DNA of 64,000 nucleotides from Pseudomonadota bacterium. GTDB lineage: Bacteria; Myxococcota; JACRCW01; JAFGSX01. The notes beneath the pieces were generated by a model. The model was not told the DNA's origin, ran no database searches, and saw only the letters and a list, made by a program, of their open reading frames with translations. Below are positions 57,592-64,000 of this stretch, piece after piece; positions within the stretch are counted from its first letter, which is position 1; the number at the start of each line of letters is the position of its first letter. The stretch is taken from assembly GCA_043821645.1 (NCBI GenBank), contig JBDRCO010000003.1:160001-224000 (forward strand), written 5' to 3'. The position numbers and the translations under genes are program-made.

Positions 57592-60500
57592 ATGCGTGCT
57601 CGAATTGCCTTGATGGCCTCGTTTCTGTTTCTGGCCCCTGGGTGTCCCGAGCCTGCCGTGGTCGGTTCCGATGGTGGCGTGCGCTGCACGGACGACTCGG
57701 ACTGCGCTGCGAACCAGGTGTGCCACGCCGGAAGTTGCGTGCTGCGCTACCGGGTCGATGGCGGCGTCACCGAGGGCGGTGTGACCGACCTGGCAGGCCG
57801 GGATCTGAGCGGGATCGACGTTGCGAGTGGCGACACAGGGGGCAGTGGCGGCCCGCAGATTCAGGTCGACCCGGCAGACCTGTATCTGGAGTTCGGTGGT
57901 GTGCGTCTGGGAACTCCAGTCACCTTGCCTGTCACGGTCACCAACGTGGGAGGGGCCACGCTGCGCGTGTTCCAGGTGCGGCTGCGGGACAACACGAGCG
58001 GCGAGTTCACCGTCGATTCCTCGGGGACCATCAACCTGGATCTGGCGCCCGGTCACGACCTCGTGATCCAGGTGACGCACACGCCCGTGGATGGCGTCGC
58101 GGATCGCGTGTTCCTGGGTATCGTATCCTCGGATGCGGATCAGTCCCTGGTCGAGGTCGAGCTCTTTGCGGAGTTCAAGGGCGACCCCGTGCTGGCGGTA
58201 GTCGCGGACCGCGCCGCCGAGACCCCCGAACTGCTCGCGGTCGATTTTGGCGAGGTTCCCGTCGGAGCGAGCCAGGAGCAGACCCTGTATCTGAAGAACA
58301 TCGGCGCCAGCGACTCGGTGCTCACGGTGAGCCAGGTGCGCAAGGAGCCAGGAACAGTGCAGGTATTCGCGATCACCCCGACCCTGATTCCGTCGTCGCT
58401 GTCCCGCGACCTGGGAGCCTGCGCCGACGAGGAATCCTGCGGCGGCGCGCCGCTGACCTGCGTGGGCGGCATCTGCTACGACGGCAGTGACCCCGTCGAC
58501 GTGGTGGTGGTCACCGTACGCTACACACCCACCACCAATGCCGCGGACAGCGCGTCCCTGGTCATCCTGCACGATGGTTCGGGCGAGACCGGGTCGCGCA
58601 CCCTGAGCATCACCGGCAGTGGCGTCTCGGGGCAGGTTGGCGTGTCGCCCAGCAGCGTGAACTTCGGCAACGTGTTCGTGGGCTTTCCACAGCAGCGGAA
58701 CGTCACCGTCACCAATGCCGGTGGTGGCCAGCTCGATCTCACCTCCATCACCGTGGCGACGGGAGGTCTTGGCTTCACCTTGGTGACCTCGGGGACCAGT
58801 CTTCATCTGGCCTCCAGCGAGAGCACGGACATCGGCGTGATCTTCGATCCCGCGGCACCCGTGAGTGGCGCCTTTGACATGCTGATCATCCAGAACTCCG
58901 ACGTGGATCCGCTGCGCCGTACCCTGCAGGTGCCGCTGCTCGGGAACGGCCTCAACCCGCCCGACATCGCCGTGGCTCCCCTGCAGGTGGCCTTCGGGGA
59001 CGTGCACCTCAGGGTCACTGGCCTGGACAGGCCAGGCGTGCAGCAGCTGACCATCGACAACAACGGCACGGGAGACCTGAGCCTGCTGGGGGTCGAGTTC
59101 GTGCGCCCGGCTGGCGCCACCGTGCCCGCGGGCCTGTCTGCCGAGCTCCCAGGCAGCACCGTGATCACACCCTCGGCCAGTGCCACGGTGACCCTGCGCT
59201 TTGCGCCCGTGACCGTCGGCGATGTGCCGGCGGACCTCGAGGTGCGCGTGCGCTCGAACGACCCGCACCCGGGGCAGGACCGCATCCAGTTGCCGGTCAC
59301 CGGCCGCGGCGTGAACCCCGACATCGCGGTATCGCCGGTGTCCATCACCTTCCCGGCCACCCTGGGCGGCACCACCAGCGACGTCACTCTGCGCATCTCG
59401 AACATCGGCACCTTCGGTCCACTCGTGGTGGCCCAGCCCACCTGGCAGAACATGAACCGCGGCGGTGTGTACGCGATCCTTCCACCGGCTGGCGGCTGGC
59501 CGCTGTCCGTCAACGTGGCCAGCGAGGTGGCGTTGACCGTGCGCTACAGCCCACCCGACTACAACGCCACGCCGGACACGACGACGCTGGTGCTACAGAG
59601 CAACGACATCGAGCGCGACCCGCTGCAGATCCCGGTCACCGGGGTGTCCTCGACCTGTCCTCCCAAGGCCGGCGCCCAGGGCGTGTTCAACAGCGGCAAT
59701 GGTCTGTGCGAGTACGCGTGTCTGGAGCACTTCTACGACCTCGACCAGAACCTGGCTCAGGTCGGCGGGAGCTGCGAGTACGAGTGCTACGGCGACGTGG
59801 CCAATCCCGACGTCCCCGACAGCGACAACGATGGCGTGTTCGAGGATGCCAACTGTGATGGCATCGACGGGGTCAAGGCGCAGGCCATCTTCGTGTCCGA
59901 GAACGGGCAGTCCACCAACACCGGCGCCTTTGGCTCGCCGCTCGACACCATCCCGGCAGGCATCAGCAAGGCGCAGAGCACGGGTGCAAGCACGGTGCTG
60001 GTCTCGGCGGGCATCTACCCGGGCGAGGTGAGCGTGGTCGCCGGCATCAGTGTGTACGGCGGTTATGATCCGGTCACCTGGCTGAGGAGCTACAGCAACC
60101 TGAGCATCTTGCAGCGCACATCTGTGGCTGCCAACATGGTCGGGCTCCGTGCCAGCAGCATCACTGTTGCCACCGAGGTTGATGGCCTGGTCATCAACAT
60201 CGACAGCAACGGGCAAAACGGTGGCTCGACATACGGCGTCCACAGTCAGGGCTCGAGCAACGCGCTCAAGCTGACCAACCTCACGATCCTGGCGGGCAAC
60301 GGTGGTGCCGGAATGGCGGCGACCAACGGAGACCCGGGCAATCCAGGCACCGCAGGCAGTCCAGGGGGACCCGGCTGCGATGGCTGCAATGGTGGCGACA
60401 ATCGCGGAGCTCCAGGATCCAGTTCGTGCAGCCCCGGCGGACGCGGTGGCTGGGGCGGTTACAGCACCACCAACGGAACCGCTGGTCTGGTGGGATCCGG

Positions 60501-61227
60501 CCCTTCGCCGGGAACCGCCGGTGCAGGTGGAGGCAGCGATGGCTCGCACTACTGTGCGCTGGGCTGCGGTGGGGGTGGTGATCCTGGCGGGACCGGGGGC
60601 GGAGGTGGCACAGCCACAGCCGGTGGCCACGGTGACGGCGGAGGCGCGACGGGGAGCGTGGTGACCTACTGGCTCGGTCAGAACGGACAGCCTGGAACTG
60701 CCGGCGGCAACGGCTCTGGCGGTGGCGGTGGCGGTGGAGGCGGCGGAACCGATTGCTGCAACGATGACCAGGGTGGCGGCGGCGGCGGCGGCGGTGGTGG
60801 CGGCTGCGGGGGCAGCGGTGGCAGCGCGGGAACGGCCGGCGGGGGCTCCTTTGGGGTGTTCCTGGTGAACTCGTCGCCCACGATCCGCTACTGCAGCGTC
60901 ACCTCGGGCATAGGCGGTCATGGCGGCAACGGGTCCAAGGGAGGCGCTGGCGGGACTGCAGGGGGCGCCGGCCAGGGTGGTGCCTCGGCAGATGACGGCG
61001 ACCGCGGTGGCAATGGCGGCGCAGGCAGCGCGGGCGGCGCGGGCGGCTGCGGTGGTGGCGGTGCGGGTGGCCCGTCCTATGGGATCTACCGGCACGGCTC
61101 CTCCTCACCTTCGACCCTGCTCAACACACTGGCCAACGGGGGCGGGGGGAGCGGCGGCACGGCGGCCTCGGGTTGCCCGTCGAGCTCAGCTGGGGCCAGC
61201 GGTGCCGGTGGAAACACCTACCCCTGA
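57592..61227 (+). CDS. Secreted Gly-rich lipoprotein paralog 3 (five Ig-like domains)
   Basis: GGAGG RBS; lipobox APGC; five 'xxFG/FP' Ig-like repeats; 'DANCDGIDG'; 'GSPLDTI'; Gly-rich C-terminus. Confidence 0.8.
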   Translation: MRARIALMASFLFLAPGCPEPAVVGSDGGVRCTDDSDCAANQVCHAGSCVLRYRVDGGVTEGGVTDLAGRDLSGIDVASGDTGGSGGPQIQVDPADLYLEFGGVRLGTPVTLPVTVTNVGGATLRVFQVRLRDNTSGEFTVDSSGTINLDLAPGHDLVIQVTHTPVDGVADRVFLGIVSSDADQSLVEVELFAEFKGDPVLAVVADRAAETPELLAVDFGEVPVGASQEQTLYLKNIGASDSVLTVSQVRKEPGTVQVFAITPTLIPSSLSRDLGACADEESCGGAPLTCVGGICYDGSDPVDVVVVTVRYTPTTNAADSASLVILHDGSGETGSRTLSITGSGVSGQVGVSPSSVNFGNVFVGFPQQRNVTVTNAGGGQLDLTSITVATGGLGFTLVTSGTSLHLASSESTDIGVIFDPAAPVSGAFDMLIIQNSDVDPLRRTLQVPLLGNGLNPPDIAVAPLQVAFGDVHLRVTGLDRPGVQQLTIDNNGTGDLSLLGVEFVRPAGATVPAGLSAELPGSTVITPSASATVTLRFAPVTVGDVPADLEVRVRSNDPHPGQDRIQLPVTGRGVNPDIAVSPVSITFPATLGGTTSDVTLRISNIGTFGPLVVAQPTWQNMNRGGVYAILPPAGGWPLSVNVASEVALTVRYSPPDYNATPDTTTLVLQSNDIERDPLQIPVTGVSSTCPPKAGAQGVFNSGNGLCEYACLEHFYDLDQNLAQVGGSCEYECYGDVANPDVPDSDNDGVFEDANCDGIDGVKAQAIFVSENGQSTNTGAFGSPLDTIPAGISKAQSTGASTVLVSAGIYPGEVSVVAGISVYGGYDPVTWLRSYSNLSILQRTSVAANMVGLRASSITVATEVDGLVINIDSNGQNGGSTYGVHSQGSSNALKLTNLTILAGNGGAGMAATNGDPGNPGTAGSPGGPGCDGCNGGDNRGAPGSSSCSPGGRGGWGGYSTTNGTAGLVGSGPSPGTAGAGGGSDGSHYCALGCGGGGDPGGTGGGGGTATAGGHGDGGGATGSVVTYWLGQNGQPGTAGGNGSGGGGGGGGGGTDCCNDDQGGGGGGGGGGGCGGSGGSAGTAGGGSFGVFLVNSSPTIRYCSVTSGIGGHGGNGSKGGAGGTAGGAGQGGASADDGDRGGNGGAGSAGGAGGCGGGGAGGPSYGIYRHGSSSPSTLLNTLANGGGGSGGTAASGCPSSSAGASGAGGNTYP
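60772..60804 (+). repeat. Poly-Gly codon tract (11 Gly, including (GGC)6)
   Basis: Direct reading: GGT(GGC)6(GGT)2(GGC)2. Confidence 0.85.
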
Positions 61228-61392
61228 GCCGGATGGGATAGGCTGCTCGGGCGCCGCAGTCGAGCAAACCGACCTGGCATCTCCGGATCACACCAGGCCA
61301 ACCCCACTGAACGCCGTAACACGGCTAGACCTTGCAGATCCGCTGCGCTAGCCTGCGCGCCACTGTCGTCGGACCCGGGGGATGGGTGCGCG

Positions 61393-62721
61393 ATGAGCAG
61401 ACCGCTTCACAGTGTTGGCATCCGTCACGAAGACAAGAGCAGCTGGGAGAGGCGTGCCCCACTGACGCCGGACCACGTGCGCGTTCTCGTGAGCGAGCAC
61501 GGCCTTGACGTCGCGGTTCAGACCTCGCCCACACGTGTGTTCGACGACGCTGCGTACCGCGCCGCGGGCGCGCGCATCGTCGACAATCTCGACGGCATCC
61601 CGGTGGTGCTCGGGGTCAAGGAGATCCCGGCAGAGCAGCTCCGACCGGGCGTCGTCTACATGTACTTTGCCCACGTCATCAAGGCCCAGCCCTACAACAT
61701 GGCGATGCTACGCACTCTGCTCGAGCAGGGCTGCTCCCTGATGGACTACGAGAGGATCACCGACGACGAGGGCCGCCGCCTGGTGTTCTTTGGCCGCCAC
61801 GCCGGGCTCGCCGGGATGATCGACACCCTGTGGACCCTGGGCCAGCGCCTGCGCCACGAAGGCGTCGTGACTCCGTTCGCCCAGGTGAAGCGCGCCTACG
61901 AATATGCCGATCTGGCCGAGGCCAAGGCGGCCATTGCGGCCCTGGGGCAGCAGCTCCAGACGCAGCCCGTGCCACAGGCGCTGCAGCCGCTGGTGTTTGG
62001 GTTCACAGGTTATGGCAACGTGTCGCGCGGTGCGCAGGAGGTGTTCGACGTGCTGCCCCACGTCGAGGTGACCCCGCGCCAGCTCCACGCAGGCAACCTG
62101 GGTGGAGCCAATCGCGCGCAGCAGCTGATCAAGGTGGTGTTCAAGGAAGAGCACCTGGTGCGTCCCGTCGACGCCAGCATCCGCTTCGCGCTGCAGGACT
62201 ATTACGACAATCCCGAGCGCTACGTCTCGGATTTCGCGGCCTACCACGACCGCCTGAGCGTGCTGGTGAACTGCATCTACTGGGATACGCCGTACCCGCG
62301 CCTGCTCACCCGAGCCGATGTGCAGCGCCTGTGGCAGACCCCCGCGCCCAAGCTCAAGGTGATCGGCGACATCTCCTGCGACATCGAGGGCTCGATCGAG
62401 GTCACTCTCAAGCCGAGCAAGGTGGACCACCCGGCCTTCGTGTACCGCCCCGAGCACGACGACGTGATCGACGGTGTCGAGGGCCAGGGACCCGTGATCA
62501 TGGCCGTGGACAACTTGCCCTGCGAGCTGCCCGCGGATTCCTCGCGGTCCTTTGGCGATGCGCTGACTCCCTTCGTCGGGGCTCTGGCGCAGGCGGACTA
62601 CGCGGTGGCCATCGCCGATCTGGATCTGCCGGATCCCCTGTGGCGCGCGTGCATCGTGCACCAAGGCCAGCTCACGCCGGACTACGAATACCTTCAGGAC
62701 GCTCTTTCCAGCGACGCCTGA
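61393..62721 (+). CDS. Lysine-ketoglutarate reductase (LKR, AASS N-terminal-like)
   Basis: 'GIRHEDKSSWERRAPLTP', 'LGVKE', 'AHVIKAQ', 'DYERI', 'FTGYGNVSRGAQE', 'IYWD..PRLLTR', 'IGDISCD', 'AVDNLPCELP'. Confidence 0.88.
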   Translation: MSRPLHSVGIRHEDKSSWERRAPLTPDHVRVLVSEHGLDVAVQTSPTRVFDDAAYRAAGARIVDNLDGIPVVLGVKEIPAEQLRPGVVYMYFAHVIKAQPYNMAMLRTLLEQGCSLMDYERITDDEGRRLVFFGRHAGLAGMIDTLWTLGQRLRHEGVVTPFAQVKRAYEYADLAEAKAAIAALGQQLQTQPVPQALQPLVFGFTGYGNVSRGAQEVFDVLPHVEVTPRQLHAGNLGGANRAQQLIKVVFKEEHLVRPVDASIRFALQDYYDNPERYVSDFAAYHDRLSVLVNCIYWDTPYPRLLTRADVQRLWQTPAPKLKVIGDISCDIEGSIEVTLKPSKVDHPAFVYRPEHDDVIDGVEGQGPVIMAVDNLPCELPADSSRSFGDALTPFVGALAQADYAVAIADLDLPDPLWRACIVHQGQLTPDYEYLQDALSSDA

Positions 62722-62739
62722 GCGTCGACGAGGAATCTC

Positions 62740-64000
62740 ATGAAGCGCGTGCTGGTGCTCGGCGCAGGCCTCGTCACCAAACCGGGTGTTCGCTACCTGC
62801 TCGACGTTGCCGGGGTCCACGTCACGGTGGCAGATCAGGACCAGGAGCGCGCGGCCCAACTCTGCAACCATCATCCCAGTAGCGAGGCCATGCAGCTCGA
62901 TGTGCAGGACGTGCCAGCTTTGCGCCAGGCCGTGCGCGCCAGCGATGTGGTCATCAGCCTGCTTCCCTGGCAGCTCCACGTCGCCGTGGCCCAGGCCTGC
63001 TTGAACGAGGGCAAGCACCTGGTCACCACGTCCTATGTCAGCGAGGGCATGCGCGCCCTCGACGCCGAGGCACGACAGCGGGGTCTGCTCTTCCTCAACG
63101 AGATCGGGCTGGACCCGGGCATCGACCACCTGACCGCCCTGCGCACCATCGACGACGTGCGCAGCAAGGGTGGCGTCATCGAGAGCTTCCGCTCTTACTG
63201 CGGAGGCTTGCCGGCGCCAGCGGCGGATACCAACCCCTGGCGCTACAAGTACTCGTGGAGCCCGCGAGGTGCCGTGCTGGCTGCGCGAAATCCCGCCATC
63301 TGGCTCGAGGACGGCGAGCGCATCGAGATCGTGGACCACGACCTGTTTCTGCTCACCCACACCGTGCGCGTCGAGGGTCTCGGCGTGCTCGAGGCTTATG
63401 CCAACCGCGACGCGCTGGTGTACCGCGACCTGTATCGCCTGGACCAGGCGCACACGGTGTTTCGCGGCACCCTGCGCTATCCGGGGCACTGCCGGCTGTG
63501 GCGCGCGATCCGCCGCGCGGGTCTGCTTGACGTCGAGGAGCGCAACGGTGTGCGCGGCTGGACTCATGCGCGCTTCGTCGCCGAGCTCATTGGCGGGCGC
63601 GAGGAGACGGTGCAGCAGGACTTCGCGGACAAGCTTGGACTGCCGGTGCGCATCGAGCCCATTCGCAAGCTCGACTGGATAGGCCTGTTCAGCGATCGGA
63701 TCCTCGACGTCGACGCCATCTCTCCCCTCGACCTGCTGGTGGGTTGCGTCAAGGACAAGCTGGCATACTCGCCGGGCGAGCAGGATCTCATCGTGCTGCA
63801 GCACGAGTTCGTGGCGCGCACCACGGAGCGCCGTGAGCTGATCACCTCGCAGCTCATCGCCTACGGGTCGCTGGGCGGGGACAGCGCCATGTCGCGCACC
63901 GTGAGCCTGCCCGCGGCCATTGCCACCCGCCTGCTGTGTGAAGAGAAGCTCACCCTCACCGGCGTGCGCATCCCCGTCGATCCCGAGATCTACCACCCGG
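62740..64000 (+). CDS. Saccharopine dehydrogenase (glutamate-forming, Lys9/AASS C-terminal-like), 3'-truncated; absent from the ORF track
   Basis: Translated by hand: MKRVLVLGAGLV..VISLLP..HLVTTSYVS..NEIGLDPGIDH..FRSYCGGLPAP..YKYSWSPRG; GAGGA RBS. Confidence 0.92.
   Translation, partial: MKRVLVLGAGLVTKPGVRYLLDVAGVHVTVADQDQERAAQLCNHHPSSEAMQLDVQDVPALRQAVRASDVVISLLPWQLHVAVAQACLNEGKHLVTTSYVSEGMRALDAEARQRGLLFLNEIGLDPGIDHLTALRTIDDVRSKGGVIESFRSYCGGLPAPAADTNPWRYKYSWSPRGAVLAARNPAIWLEDGERIEIVDHDLFLLTHTVRVEGLGVLEAYANRDALVYRDLYRLDQAHTVFRGTLRYPGHCRLWRAIRRAGLLDVEERNGVRGWTHARFVAELIGGREETVQQDFADKLGLPVRIEPIRKLDWIGLFSDRILDVDAISPLDLLVGCVKDKLAYSPGEQDLIVLQHEFVARTTERRELITSQLIAYGSLGGDSAMSRTVSLPAAIATRLLCEEKLTLTGVRIPVDPEIYHP

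Noticed and set aside
48146-61227. Diversity-generating retroelement or shufflon as source of paralog variation
   Set aside because: No reverse transcriptase, recombinase, template repeat or adenine-specific mismatch pattern seen in the window
49880-61227. Mycobacterial PE-PGRS assignment for the Gly-rich proteins
   Set aside because: No PE domain or type VII context; they carry lipoprotein signal peptides and the similarity is compositional
61708-63996. 762-aa minus-strand ORF
   Set aside because: Antisense shadow of LKR and SDH; the real gene at 62740 is missing from the track only because it has no stop in the window

Overview
High-GC bacterial chromosomal window, most consistent with a Myxococcota/deltaproteobacterial genome (FHA-sigma54 activator, PEGA Ser/Thr kinase, many Cys-rich lipoproteins, IF3 with a C-terminal extension). 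Bases 1-45.5 kb are mostly housekeeping genes: tmk, miaB, leuS-lptE, infC-rpmI-rplT-pheS-pheT-ihfA-merR-era-der-yihY-holA-rlmI-like, and rne. Among them are a kinase/TPR/FHA-activator signalling module with a clear sigma54 promoter and a palindromic enhancer candidate, a possible lipid/isoprenoid locus (class I isoprenoid-synthase-like gene, MMPL exporter, acyltransferase, epimerase) and a tandem DUF4139/DUF4140 pair. The 45.7-61.2 kb region is an accessory cluster of large secreted lipoproteins. It holds three paralogs built from Ig-like domains, DUF1565/MopE-like motifs and a polyglycine scaffold with hypervariable Cys-rich loops and an optional inserted domain, plus a VWA lipoprotein, an OB-fold lipoprotein and a Zn-ribbon/TM/TonB-C-like protein. 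This cluster is the best candidate for an undescribed system (variable surface adhesin/recognition apparatus). The window ends in an AASS-like LKR gene followed in the same frame by a saccharopine dehydrogenase gene that runs off the edge. I saw no tRNA, rRNA, CRISPR array, transposase or integrase. All family assignments come from motif recognition by eye, not database searches.
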